Under the pieces are notes generated by a model. It was not told the origin of the DNA and made no database searches. It saw only the letters and a list, made by a program, of their open reading frames with translations. Positions 44,569 to 54,668 of a stretch of 64,000 nucleotides of DNA are shown piece after piece. The DNA is from Planctomycetota bacterium (GTDB lineage: Bacteria > Planctomycetota > UBA1135 > UBA2386). Every line of letters begins with the position of its first letter. The first letter of the stretch is position 1. Made by a program: the position numbers and the translations under genes. The stretch covers positions 32,001-96,000 of the forward strand of contig CANMWZ010000002.1 in NCBI GenBank assembly GCA_947501605.1. The letters run 5' to 3'.

Positions 44569-45473
44569 GCGACGCGCCCGTACTCGATCTGATCGCAGTG
44601 CAGAAGCACTTCGGCGCCGTACAGGTGTTGCGCGGCATTGACCTCCGCGTGGAACGCGGCGAGTTCCTCGGCCTGGTCGCACCCAACGGTGCTGGCAAGT
44701 CGACCCTGCTGCGACTGCTGATCGGCATGCACCGACGAACGTCCGGCCAATGCTCGGTCTTCGCGCTGGATCCCGACCAGAGCTCCCTCGCCATCCGCTC
44801 CCGGACCTCATACCTCCCAGGTGAGACTTCCGTCTACCAGCAGATGACCGGAGCGAGCTTCCTGCAGTTTGCCCAGTCGTTCCATCGCGGCCGCGACGCT
44901 GCGATCGAGCGCCGACTGGTCGAGCTGTTTGCCTTGCCGCTGCAAGCCCGAGTGCGCAGCTACTCAGCCGGCATGAAGCAGAAACTCGCCATCCTCGCCG
45001 CGCTTTCGGTCGAGGTCGAACTCTACCTCCTCGACGAACCGGATCGCGCTCTCGATGCAACGATGCGCATGGAGTTGCGGCAGGTCTTGCGCGACCTGCA
45101 CGACGCCGGCAAGACACTGGTGCTGAGTTCACACCATCTGGAAGAACTGCAGGCCCTGGCGACGCGCTTGCAGTTCCTGCGCAGCGGCACCCTCGTTCCC
45201 GACGCCGAAGTAGAGCGCACTCGAACCCAGTTGCAGCGTCGCTTCCGCTTGCGCTTGGCGCGCGATCTGCCACTGCCCGCTGGCGCAACCATCCTTCGCC
45301 GCGAAGGCGACGGCACCTTGCTGCTCGAGGTCGGGGACAGCCCCGCAGCTTGGCTTCACACCTTGCCGCCAGACGCCGTGCGCGCGACCGAGCTCGGCAA
45401 CGCGCGCCTCGAGGACCTGTACGAAGTGCTCTTCCTGCAACAACCCGCCGCCAGGACAGGAGCCGCCCCATGA
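44565..45473 (+). CDS. ABC transporter ATP-binding protein
   Basis: APNGAGKST, YSAGMKQK, LLDEP, SSH. Confidence 0.92.
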   Translation: MSDAPVLDLIAVQKHFGAVQVLRGIDLRVERGEFLGLVAPNGAGKSTLLRLLIGMHRRTSGQCSVFALDPDQSSLAIRSRTSYLPGETSVYQQMTGASFLQFAQSFHRGRDAAIERRLVELFALPLQARVRSYSAGMKQKLAILAALSVEVELYLLDEPDRALDATMRMELRQVLRDLHDAGKTLVLSSHHLEELQALATRLQFLRSGTLVPDAEVERTRTQLQRRFRLRLARDLPLPAGATILRREGDGTLLLEVGDSPAAWLHTLPPDAVRATELGNARLEDLYEVLFLQQPAARTGAAP

Positions 45474-46282
45474 TCGCGAGGAAGACGTTTCGCGAGGTCT
45501 GGCTGATGACCCTGGTCTACGCCTTGATGATGGTGATCCTGCAGGTGCCGGTCATCCTGATGTGGCCCGAGCTGTACGACGACCTCAAGAAGTCGGCATT
45601 GCTGCGCAACGCTGGCTTTGACTTCCTCCAGCGCATTGGCGCCGGGGTCACCGATCACCAGGAGACCATCGCGTACCGAAACTGGATCGCAGTGATGCTC
45701 TTCTTGCGCAGTGTCAATCTGCTGGGCATCGCCGCCAGCGTGCTGCTGGGAACGGCGCTGTTCGCCCGCGAACGGGAAACGCAGACGTTGGAGTTTCTGC
45801 TGACGCGCCCGGTATCGCGAGGCGCCGTCCTTTGGCAGAAAAGCTGGCCCGTGATCCTCTGCGTGGTGTGCCCGATCTTCGTCGTCAACACCAGCGCGAT
45901 TCTATGGAGCTGGCAAATCGAGATGGACCTGCCCCTCGCACCACTGACGTTGGCCAACCTGCACGGCTCGCTGTTCGTACTGGCGATCCTGGCGATGACG
46001 ACCTTCGTGTCGGTGAAGTGCCGCGTCCAAGCGCACGTGGCCTTTTGGGTCGGCGGCATCGTCGTCCTCCAACTCGGCCTCTATCTCATTCCGCGCGTTC
46101 GCCGTTTCAGCCTGTTTCGTCTATCGGACTTCGAATGGTACGGACCGATCCTCGCTGGCAACATCGGCCTGCCTGAGATGTTCGTCCCCGGCATCGGTCC
46201 GGCGCACTCGCTGTGGCTGCTGCTCGCAACACTCGTGTTCTACGGGCTCGCTTGGCGGGCGCTGCGCAACCTGGAACTCTGA
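45470..46282 (+). CDS. ABC-2 type permease
   Basis: ERETQTLEFLLTRPVSR, about 6 TMs; ATGA overlap. Confidence 0.88.
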   Translation: MIARKTFREVWLMTLVYALMMVILQVPVILMWPELYDDLKKSALLRNAGFDFLQRIGAGVTDHQETIAYRNWIAVMLFLRSVNLLGIAASVLLGTALFARERETQTLEFLLTRPVSRGAVLWQKSWPVILCVVCPIFVVNTSAILWSWQIEMDLPLAPLTLANLHGSLFVLAILAMTTFVSVKCRVQAHVAFWVGGIVVLQLGLYLIPRVRRFSLFRLSDFEWYGPILAGNIGLPEMFVPGIGPAHSLWLLLATLVFYGLAWRALRNLEL

Positions 46283-46284
46283 GC

Positions 46285-47655
46285 ATGGTGCCCTTCCTCG
46301 TGGGTCTGACCTTGCTGGGCGAAGTGCTCCGCGCCCTCTCGACACCGGTTCGACTCTTGATGTACCTGCCGCGACGCCATCACTGGCGCCGGCTCGCACA
46401 ACAGGCGCTCGAGGAAGCCGCCGGCGAGGATGCGACCAAGCAGACCGACGAGGCCGTGTTGCAGAAGCTGTTGCTGCGCGCCAAAGCCAGCGGACGGCGA
46501 AGGCCACCCGGCCAGACCGCCCGCATTTTCGTGTCCGCGGGCGAAGCCAGCGGCGAGGCGCATGCGGCACGACTGGTGAAGGCACTCGGCCCCCGCGTCG
46601 AGGTCACAGCCTTTGGCGGATCGCTGTTGCGCGCCGCGGGAGCCGACGTCCGCTACCCGCTCAGCGAGCATGCAGTAATGGGCCTCGTTGCAGTGCTGAA
46701 GCAGTTGCCCCTCATCGTGCGCGCGTATGCCACGTTCCTGCGCCTTCTCCGCAGCGCGCCGCCTGATCTCGTCGTACTCGTCGACTACCCAGGACTCCAT
46801 CTCGTCATGGCCAAGGCCTGCCGCCGCCACGGCGTACCAGTGCTGCACTACGTGGCGCCACAGTATTGGGCTTGGGGGCCGTGGCGGATGCGTCGCTACC
46901 GCCGCTCGATGGACGCAACCCTGACGATCCTGCCGTTCGAGACCGCGTTCTTCCGCCGTTTCGACGTGCCGGCGCGCTACATCGGCCACCCGCTGCTCGA
47001 CCAACTCGCGGCCAGCCCGCCCGAAGCTGCCGCCGTCGCGGCGGTACGAGCACGGCCGACGCTGTGCCTGCTGCCTGGTTCGCGCCGCTCCGAGATCGAA
47101 GCCAACCTCCCGGGGATGCTGCAAGTCGCGACCGCACTACGGGCGGACCATCCAGCGCTCCGCATCGTCATCCCCCATCGTGATCCTCGTCGCGCCGAGC
47201 TGATCCGCACCCTGCTGCACGAGTGCAAGGTCGACGCCGTCGAATTCCACTGTGGCCCACTAGCACCGTGGCTCGCCGGTTCGCGACTCGTCGTGGCAAA
47301 ATCCGGGACGGGCTCGCTGGAAGCCTGCTTGTTCGGCAACCCGGTGATCGTCGTCTACAAGCTGAGAGGCATGCTGGCGTCCCTCGGTTACCACAACATC
47401 CTCAGCGTGCCGTTCATCGCTGCTGCGAATCTGATCGCCAACACAAGGGTCGTGCCCGAGTTCTGCTTCCATGGTGAGCACGGCTTTGCGCGAGTCGCGG
47501 CAGCCGCCCGCGAGCTGTTCGTCGACGGCCCCGCGCGCACGGCGTGTATCGACGGTTTGGCCCGCGTGCGCGGGAGACTCGGCGGGCCGGGCGCCACCGA
47601 ACGCACCGTCGCGCTCATCGAGAGCTTCCTTCACGCCGCCGCGTTGCCAGCATGA
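46285..47655 (+). CDS. lpxB: Lipid-A-disaccharide synthase with hydrophobic N-terminal extension
   Basis: SAGEASGE, AVMG, VDYPG, YVAPQYWAW, ILPFE, IGHPL, LPGSRRSE, KSGT. Confidence 0.92.
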   Translation: MVPFLVGLTLLGEVLRALSTPVRLLMYLPRRHHWRRLAQQALEEAAGEDATKQTDEAVLQKLLLRAKASGRRRPPGQTARIFVSAGEASGEAHAARLVKALGPRVEVTAFGGSLLRAAGADVRYPLSEHAVMGLVAVLKQLPLIVRAYATFLRLLRSAPPDLVVLVDYPGLHLVMAKACRRHGVPVLHYVAPQYWAWGPWRMRRYRRSMDATLTILPFETAFFRRFDVPARYIGHPLLDQLAASPPEAAAVAAVRARPTLCLLPGSRRSEIEANLPGMLQVATALRADHPALRIVIPHRDPRRAELIRTLLHECKVDAVEFHCGPLAPWLAGSRLVVAKSGTGSLEACLFGNPVIVVYKLRGMLASLGYHNILSVPFIAAANLIANTRVVPEFCFHGEHGFARVAAAARELFVDGPARTACIDGLARVRGRLGGPGATERTVALIESFLHAAALPA

Positions 47656-49460
47656 GCCACGCACCCTTGCTGGACCTGCGGGCGCTGATGTCGCTGCTGC
47701 GTCAAGAAGGCGAGCTTCGCGTCATCGAGACCGAGGTCGACTCCGACCTGGAAGCCGCCGAAGTCCATCGCCGCGTGATCGCTGCTGGCGGGCCCGCCCT
47801 GTTGTTCCGCAACATCAAGGGCTCCTCCTGGCCCGCGATCACCAACCTCTTTGGCACCGCGCGCCGTGTCGAACTCGCGTTTGGCAAGGACCCGCAGCGA
47901 CTCATCGCCCGACTCGCCGATGCGCCGCACACCATGCTGCCACCGAGCATCGGCAAGCTCTGGCAGCAGCGCGATCTGATCGGTTCCCTTCTGCGCGTCG
48001 GCCGCCGCCACGTCAGCCGCCCAGCCGTCGCCGCCTGCATCGACACACCACCGCGATTGTCGCGCCTGCCGCTGCTGCGAACGTGGAAAGAGGACGGCGG
48101 TGCCTTCGTGACCCTGCCGCTGGTCTACACCGAACACCCATCTGGGCTCGGCTCGAACCTCGGCATGTATCGCATCCAGCGGTTCGACGATGACCACGCG
48201 GGCTTGCATGCGCAGATCGGCAAGGGCGGTGGCTTTCACCTTGCCGAGTACGAGCGCCAGGGACGCGCGATGCCAGTCAACGTCTTCATCGGCGGCCCCC
48301 CGGCGCTGATCTTGTCGGCGATTGCGCCCTTGCCCGAAAACGTCCCCGAGTTGCTGCTGTGCTCCTTGCTGCTCGGCCAACGACTGCGCAGCGCGAAGAA
48401 TCCAAAAGGCCCGCTACCACTGATCGCCGACTGCGAGTTCTGCATCGTCGGCCATGTACAGCCAGGCGACCGCCATCCCGAGGGCCCCTTTGGCGACCAC
48501 TACGGCTACTACTCGCTGCGTCATGACTACCCGCGGATCACCGTCGATGCGCTGCTGCATCGGCGCGACCCGATCCTGACGGCGACCGTAGTTGGCAAGC
48601 CGCGCCAGGAAGATTTCTTCCTCGGCGACTACCTGCAAGAACTGCTGTTGCCGTTGTGCAAGGTGGCCATGCCCGGCGTCACCGACCTGTGGTCCTACGG
48701 CGAGACCGGTTACCACTCACTGGCCGCCGCCGTGGTCCAGCAGCGCTACAAGCGCGAAGCGATGGCCGCAGCCTTTCGCATCCTCGGTGAGGGCCAACTG
48801 TCGCTGACGAAGTTCTTGCTGCTCACCGACCGCGGCATCGATCTGCGCGACTTCCGGGCGACGCTGGAGCACATCCTGGCACGCGCGAACTTCGCCACCG
48901 ACCTCTACGTGTTCGGCAACCTGTCGATGGACACTCTCGACTACTCGGGACCACAGGTGAACGAGGGCAGCAAGGGCGTGCTGCTGGGACTGGGCGAACC
49001 GATCCGCGAACTGCCGAGCGAGCTGCGCGGCGAACTCCCACCGGGTTTTGCGAACGCGATCCCCTTCTGCCGCGGCTGCGCAGTGGTACAAGGACCGACC
49101 TTCGCCAAGGAACCGCTCGCGGCTCGGCGGCTCACGGAGGTGCCGATGTTCGACAACTGGCCGTTGGTGGTCCTGGTCGACGACAGCGCCCGCGCCGCGA
49201 AGTCAGTCGTCAACTTCTTGTGGACCACCTTCACCCGCTTCGAGCCAGCAGCGGACATGCACGCGCGTTCGCTGCGCGTCGTACGCCACCAGCCGAGCTA
49301 CACGCCGCCGATCGTGATCGATGCGCGCATGAAGCCGAGCTACCCGGACGAGTTGTTCTGCGATGCGAACACCGCCAGGCTCGTCGACCGCCGCTGGAAC
49401 GAGTACTTTCCTGACGGCAATGTCGCGATGGGCGACAGCGACCGCGGCCATCTCGATTGA
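47652..49460 (+). CDS. UbiD-family (prFMN) decarboxylase, long form
   Basis: GGPALLF, NLGMYR, EGPFGDHYGYY, GKPRQED, DTLDY; 602 aa. Confidence 0.92.
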   Translation: MSHAPLLDLRALMSLLRQEGELRVIETEVDSDLEAAEVHRRVIAAGGPALLFRNIKGSSWPAITNLFGTARRVELAFGKDPQRLIARLADAPHTMLPPSIGKLWQQRDLIGSLLRVGRRHVSRPAVAACIDTPPRLSRLPLLRTWKEDGGAFVTLPLVYTEHPSGLGSNLGMYRIQRFDDDHAGLHAQIGKGGGFHLAEYERQGRAMPVNVFIGGPPALILSAIAPLPENVPELLLCSLLLGQRLRSAKNPKGPLPLIADCEFCIVGHVQPGDRHPEGPFGDHYGYYSLRHDYPRITVDALLHRRDPILTATVVGKPRQEDFFLGDYLQELLLPLCKVAMPGVTDLWSYGETGYHSLAAAVVQQRYKREAMAAAFRILGEGQLSLTKFLLLTDRGIDLRDFRATLEHILARANFATDLYVFGNLSMDTLDYSGPQVNEGSKGVLLGLGEPIRELPSELRGELPPGFANAIPFCRGCAVVQGPTFAKEPLAARRLTEVPMFDNWPLVVLVDDSARAAKSVVNFLWTTFTRFEPAADMHARSLRVVRHQPSYTPPIVIDARMKPSYPDELFCDANTARLVDRRWNEYFPDGNVAMGDSDRGHLD

Positions 49461-49499
49461 CCGACCGCACCAACCCCAATCCCACAAGCGAGTGAATCC

Positions 49500-49817
49500 G
49501 TGACCTACCGCGACCTGAGCCCTGAAGCCGTGCAGAAGGAACTGCAGAACGACCCCACCCTGAAGGTGCTCGACGTGCGCACCGCGATGGAGCACAAGCT
49601 CTACCGCTTACCTGGCTCCGTGCTGCTGCCAGTCCAGGAGCTGGCCCAACGCGCGGCGGAGCTCGACGAGGACACCCACTGGCTCGTCTATTGCGAACAC
49701 GGTCGGCGGAGCTTGTCTGCCTGTGACATCCTGGCGCAGAAGGGCTTCGCCAAGCTCACGAACCTCCAGGGCGGCATCGCGCACTGGATCGGACGTGGCT
49801 TGCCGGTCCAGCGCTGA
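49500..49817 (+). CDS. Single-domain rhodanese
   Basis: LDVRT..E, YCEHGRRS, NLQGGIAHW. Confidence 0.9.
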   Translation: MTYRDLSPEAVQKELQNDPTLKVLDVRTAMEHKLYRLPGSVLLPVQELAQRAAELDEDTHWLVYCEHGRRSLSACDILAQKGFAKLTNLQGGIAHWIGRGLPVQR

Positions 49818-49854
49818 GTTGCGCAGCGACCGCGCCATCGCGCAGCACCAGAGT

Positions 49855-50991
49855 TCAGCGCGGCCAGGCTTTGACGGCGGCTTCGCAATCTGCGAGCGAC
49901 GGCACCAGCGCGACCCGAACGTAGCGATCCTGCCGCGCGCCGAACCACGTGCCGGGCACCACGAGGATCCCATGCTCGCGCAAGTGCGCCGCGTGGTCGA
50001 CGCCGTTGGACCCGAGCGGCACCTGCACCCAGAGATACATGCCGGCATCGGTGGCGTGCACGGACAGACCAAGGCTCTTGAACAGACCGAGCATCAGTTC
50101 GCGCTTCTTCCCCAACAGCTGTCGCCGCACTTCGACATGAGCGCCATCGCGCCAAGCCACGACGCTGGCAGCCTGGACGAAGTCTTGCGGGGTCACGCCC
50201 ATGGCCGCGCGGAACTGCCGGTAGTGCGCGATCGTGTCGGCGCACCCGGCGACGAAACCACTGCGATAGCCCGCCATCGCCGATCGCTGGCTCAGCGTGT
50301 GCACTGCGAGGCAGCCCTTCCGACCGAACTGCAGCAGGCTCTTTGGCCGCTGCGTACCGTAGTAGAGATCCACTTGGCTCTCGTCGCAAACGAGCGTGAA
50401 GCCGTACTCCTCGCGGGCTGCGACCCATGCCGTGAACACCGAATCGGGCAACACCTGCCCCGTCGGATCATGGGGTGAATTCAAGAACACCATGGCGGCG
50501 CGACGCAGCACGGCCTCGGGCACAGTTTCGGGATCGGCGCAGTAGCAATTCTCGGGTCCGAGCGGAATCGGGTAGGTCCACGCCTCGGCGAACAAAGCCC
50601 CCGTCTCACACACGGGATCGGCGGGCTCCCCGTAGAGGACGAGGTCCTTCTCGCTCGGCACCTGCACGAGCACCTGTGGCAAATGGAAGAGCGCTTCGGT
50701 GCTCCCCATCGTCGGAAGGATCTCCGTTTCGGCGTCGAGGCCGACGCCAAAGCGCTCGCGAAAGTAGCCGGCGATGGCAGCGCGCAGATCGGGGCGTCCT
50801 GCAAGGCGCGGATACGGGCTGGTGGTCGGAACCGCATCCACCAGAGCGGCGCGGATCGCAGGTGCGACCGGCTCGATCGGGTCACCAGCCCCGAAATCGA
50901 ACACGCGCACCCCACGCGTTTGCATCTCGAGCTTGTGCTGTTCGAGAGCGACCATCGGATAGGTACCGAGTTTACGCAGGCGATCGTTCAT
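49855..50991 (-). CDS. Class I/II aminotransferase (DapC-like) fold protein lacking the PLP lysine
   Basis: DFGAGDP, GSTEALF, NSPHDPTG, CDE, TLSQRSAMAGYRSG, YVRVALV. Confidence 0.85.
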   Translation of the reverse strand: MNDRLRKLGTYPMVALEQHKLEMQTRGVRVFDFGAGDPIEPVAPAIRAALVDAVPTTSPYPRLAGRPDLRAAIAGYFRERFGVGLDAETEILPTMGSTEALFHLPQVLVQVPSEKDLVLYGEPADPVCETGALFAEAWTYPIPLGPENCYCADPETVPEAVLRRAAMVFLNSPHDPTGQVLPDSVFTAWVAAREEYGFTLVCDESQVDLYYGTQRPKSLLQFGRKGCLAVHTLSQRSAMAGYRSGFVAGCADTIAHYRQFRAAMGVTPQDFVQAASVVAWRDGAHVEVRRQLLGKKRELMLGLFKSLGLSVHATDAGMYLWVQVPLGSNGVDHAAHLREHGILVVPGTWFGARQDRYVRVALVPSLADCEAAVKAWPR

Positions 50992-51143
50992 GGCGTCCGT
51001 GGCGGCACCGCGGCCGCAGCGTGCACCATACGCGACAAGGTGCGGCGAGACCTCATTCGCGATCGCCAGCTAGTTGAACCGCGGCGGCAGCATTTCCGTT
51101 TGTGGCGCCGCTGCGCCACACCTACCCTCTCGCGCCAATCGCC

Positions 51144-52973
51144 ATGAACCGGTCCCTCTCGTCGTTCGTGTTCCTTTCCTCTCTGCTGGCCACCTGCGGC
51201 ACCGCAGCGACGTGCGTCACCGGGCCAGCGGCCGACCTGCAGCGCACGACCAACCCAGCGGCGCGCACCAAAGGGCCGATCTTCCGCACCCAGGTCGATC
51301 TGCTGATCGCCCGAATGGCCAAGGCGACCGAGACGCCTGGTGTCGCCGCCCCGTATTCGAACTCGATCCGCGACGCCGCGCAGTTGCTGAGTGCGATGGG
51401 ACACTGCCACCGCTTCTACGTGGCACTCGACAATCCACGCATCCGCGCCACCCTTGGCCTGCTGATCGGCGGCCGCCGGGACGACGGCAGCTTTGGCGTT
51501 GGCAAAGACGAAGACCCCGCAACCACCGCCTGGGTCGTGGATGCCTTGACGGCGATGGACCGAGACCGTTACGGCGACGAGATCGAGATGGCCAAGAGGT
51601 GGCTCGCAGACCGCGGGCTTGCGACTTCGATGTGGTCGCATCAGGTCGAAGTGGTAGCCACCAAAGTGCGCAGCGATGTCTTCCCGGAGCACCTCGCCAC
51701 GGAGGCACTCGCGTTCGTTGCGACTGTGCCAACCAGTCTGCAAGGCGCGCTCGACAGAACGGCAGCGCTCGCGGCGCTACTGCAACTCGTCGCCTGCCAA
51801 GAAGCCAACCGCGACCTCGATGTCGCCCAGGATCCCGGCGCCCAGGCCACCACCGCCGCATTCTCGCCGGCGCAGCAGAAGGCATTCGACTTCCTGATGG
51901 CGCAGCAGAAAGACGGCACGATGCTCGTCAAGTACGGCGACACGTCGTTCGCCGACCCAGCGATCACCGGGTTTGCGATGCTGGCGCTGCAGACCAAGCC
52001 GCTGGCGCTGCGGTCGCAGCAGGAAAGCGCGGTGCTCGAGCAGGGCTTGCGCTGGCTGTTGGCGAACCAGAACGAAGACGGATCCTTCGGTCAGCAGGTA
52101 CAGAACTACACCACCAGCGTTGTCATCGGCGCCCTTGCCCGCTGGGCTGATCCCTCAGCCAAGACCCCGCTCGACAAGGCGCAACGGTTCATCCTCGCCT
52201 GCCAGAACGTCGAGAGCAGCGGCTACCAAAGCAGCGACCGCGACTACGGCTCCATTGGTTACGGCGGCAGCCAACGTGGCGATCTCAGCAACGTCAACTT
52301 CGCGCTGCAGGCGCTGCGCGAATCCGGTTTGCCAGCCGAACACGAGGCGTTCCGCAAAGCCCTGGTCTTCTTGCAGCGGTCGCAGAACCTCAAGAGCGTG
52401 AACGACTTCAGCGGCAAGGTCACAGACCCCGATGCCGGCGGCAAGCTGATCGACATCGTCCCCGGTGAAGACGGTGGATCGGCCTACTACCCCGGCAACT
52501 CCGCCGCCGGTTACGACGAGACGCCCGACGGAAAGTCGAAGCCTCGTAGTTACGGCTCGATGACCTACGCGTTGCTCAAGGCCTACACGCTGTGCGGAGT
52601 CAGCAAGGACGACCCGCGCGTACAGGCTGCCGTCAACTGGATCGCGCAACACTGGACGCTCGACGAGAACCCGGGCTTCGTCGTCCCCGCCGGCGACAAG
52701 GCTCGCTATGCCGGCCTCTTCTACTACTACATGGTGTTGGCGCAGTCGCTCGACATGGCCTCGGTCGACACCGTGACCAAAGTCGTGGAAGCAGACGCGA
52801 AAGACGCCCCGAAGCCGGTACCGATCGATTGGCGCAAAGCGCTCCGCGAACACCTGCAGGGTCTGCAACAGCAGGACGGCTCTTTCGTCAACGCGAAGAA
52901 CCCGCGTTGGATGGAGTCGATGCAGGTGCTCTGCACCTGTTATGCCATGCTCGCACTCGAACGCTGCCGCTGA
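51144..52973 (+). CDS. Prenyltransferase/squalene-oxidase-repeat (alpha-alpha toroid) protein, probably exported
   Basis: QW-like repeats QQKDG, NQNEDGSF, QQQDGSF; GYGGSQRGDLSN; RSYGSMTYA; hydrophobic N-terminus. Confidence 0.8.
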   Translation: MNRSLSSFVFLSSLLATCGTAATCVTGPAADLQRTTNPAARTKGPIFRTQVDLLIARMAKATETPGVAAPYSNSIRDAAQLLSAMGHCHRFYVALDNPRIRATLGLLIGGRRDDGSFGVGKDEDPATTAWVVDALTAMDRDRYGDEIEMAKRWLADRGLATSMWSHQVEVVATKVRSDVFPEHLATEALAFVATVPTSLQGALDRTAALAALLQLVACQEANRDLDVAQDPGAQATTAAFSPAQQKAFDFLMAQQKDGTMLVKYGDTSFADPAITGFAMLALQTKPLALRSQQESAVLEQGLRWLLANQNEDGSFGQQVQNYTTSVVIGALARWADPSAKTPLDKAQRFILACQNVESSGYQSSDRDYGSIGYGGSQRGDLSNVNFALQALRESGLPAEHEAFRKALVFLQRSQNLKSVNDFSGKVTDPDAGGKLIDIVPGEDGGSAYYPGNSAAGYDETPDGKSKPRSYGSMTYALLKAYTLCGVSKDDPRVQAAVNWIAQHWTLDENPGFVVPAGDKARYAGLFYYYMVLAQSLDMASVDTVTKVVEADAKDAPKPVPIDWRKALREHLQGLQQQDGSFVNAKNPRWMESMQVLCTCYAMLALERCR

Positions 52974-53023
52974 GTAGCGCGGCCGTCGCCACAGCAACCT
53001 TTGCGCCCACTTCCTTGACGCTC

Positions 53024-53914
53024 GTGCTACCTCACGCCCCCGCTTGGTTTCGTTTTCATCTCCCCGGCGCAACGCACCTCGGCGCCTTCGAACCCGGAGC
53101 AACCGCGCAGGATGCACGCTGGTACGACCTCGGCCCACAGGACGTACATGCGCTGCTGGCGCAAGGCGCCTTGCGGCTGCAGGACCTTTTGGCCCGCATG
53201 CGTCAGGGGCGAGAGATGGCCGCACCGAGCAGCTTCGCTCTGCCAGTGCCGCGGCCCGGCAAGATCCTCTGCGTCGCCAAGAACTACGTGAAGCACGCCC
53301 GCGAGTTCGGGGCCGAAGCGCCGCCGGAGCCCATCTTCTTCGCCAAGCTGCCGGACACGCTGCGGGCTCACGGCGAGCCGGTGGTCATTCCACACTGGCT
53401 CGATTCACGAGTGGACCACGAAGCCGAGCTCGGCCTCGTGCTGGGCTTCTCTGACCCGCAGCAGAAGGGCCGGAAGTACGTGAGCGCACTGGATGGGCCC
53501 CTTCTCGTCGCTGGCTACACGCCGATGAACGACGTCACGGCTCGCACCCTGCAGGGAACCGATCGAGACCAGAAGTACCCGTGGTTGCGCAGCAAGTCGT
53601 TCGACACGTTTTGCCCTACCGGTCCGTTCGTCGTGCCGGCCGACGCCATCGACGGCAACGATCTCGAGGTCGCCATGACGGTCAATGGTGCGGTGAAGCA
53701 GAAGGCGCGCACCAGCGAGATGGTGTTTTCCATCGGCAAGATCCTCGAAGCGATCGCGCGCTGCACCACCCTGCGACCAGGGGATCTCATTGCGACGGGA
53801 ACTCCCGAGGGCGTCTCTGCAATCGCGCACGGAGACTCGCTCACGGTGACCGTCGAAGGCCTGGGCACGCTGCGGAACCCAGTCCTTCGCGAAGCCGCAC
53901 CGATGGTCTCGTAG
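53024..53914 (+). CDS. Fumarylacetoacetate hydrolase family protein
   Basis: KILCVAKNY..H..E, DHEAEL, NDVTAR, KSFDTFCP, PGDLIATGTPEG. Start approximate. Confidence 0.92.
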   Translation: MLPHAPAWFRFHLPGATHLGAFEPGATAQDARWYDLGPQDVHALLAQGALRLQDLLARMRQGREMAAPSSFALPVPRPGKILCVAKNYVKHAREFGAEAPPEPIFFAKLPDTLRAHGEPVVIPHWLDSRVDHEAELGLVLGFSDPQQKGRKYVSALDGPLLVAGYTPMNDVTARTLQGTDRDQKYPWLRSKSFDTFCPTGPFVVPADAIDGNDLEVAMTVNGAVKQKARTSEMVFSIGKILEAIARCTTLRPGDLIATGTPEGVSAIAHGDSLTVTVEGLGTLRNPVLREAAPMVS

Positions 53915-53939
53915 CGCGCAAGAACCGGAACGACGGCGT

Positions 53940-54608
53940 TCACAGCTGGAGCCCGCCATCGACCGGGAGGTCTTGTCCGGTCATGTAGCCGCTGTCCTCG
54001 GACAAGAGCCACTGCACCAGTGCGACGACGTCGGCGACAGTGCCAAGCCGCCCCATCGGCACGCGCGGCAGCATCCGCTGCTGGCTTTCTTGATGGCTCT
54101 GGTCGTGGTGGATGAGACCAGGGGAAACGACGTTGACCGTCACCTTCGCTTTCGCACACTCTGCCGCCAGTGACCGGGCCATGTGCACGAGAGCGGCCTT
54201 GATCGCAAAGTAGGCCGGAGCCCGCAACATCGCGCGCGGCAGACCCGCACCGGCCGCGGCGAAAAACACGACGCGCCCGCGCTGTGCCGCGATCATCGAC
54301 GGCACGATCGCTTTGGCGACGTGCAAGGCCGACATGAGGTTGCTCTGCAGGAGGCTGTTGAAGCGCTCGCTGTCGGTTGCGAGTAGCGAGGCCTCGAAGA
54401 AGTCCCCGACCGTGTGCACCAGACCCCAGGGAGCACCTCGCGCGCGCACAAGTTCCCCGGCTGCGAGCTCCACCGAAGCTTCGTCGGTAGCGTCCACACC
54501 GTGGCGGCGGGACCAAACAACAGCTCGGGCACCGAGAGCCTGGACCACGCCGAGGCCGATACCCGCCGTGCCGCCGACCACCAGAACGTGCCTCGAGTCG
54601 TTCGCCAT
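53940..54608 (-). CDS. Short-chain dehydrogenase/reductase
   Basis: GGTAGIG, YFAIK (YxxxK), VNVVSPG, PMGRLG, TGQDLPVDGG. Confidence 0.9.
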   Translation of the reverse strand: MANDSRHVLVVGGTAGIGLGVVQALGARAVVWSRRHGVDATDEASVELAAGELVRARGAPWGLVHTVGDFFEASLLATDSERFNSLLQSNLMSALHVAKAIVPSMIAAQRGRVVFFAAAGAGLPRAMLRAPAYFAIKAALVHMARSLAAECAKAKVTVNVVSPGLIHHDQSHQESQQRMLPRVPMGRLGTVADVVALVQWLLSEDSGYMTGQDLPVDGGLQL

Positions 54609-54668
54609 GGCGCCAGTTGGAACGCGACGGAACCGCGTTCGCAAGCGCCGCCTCCGACGACCCGGTTG

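Noticed and set aside
51144..52973. Squalene-hopene cyclase call
   Set aside because: Lacks DxDD and appears exported; only the repeat fold is supported.
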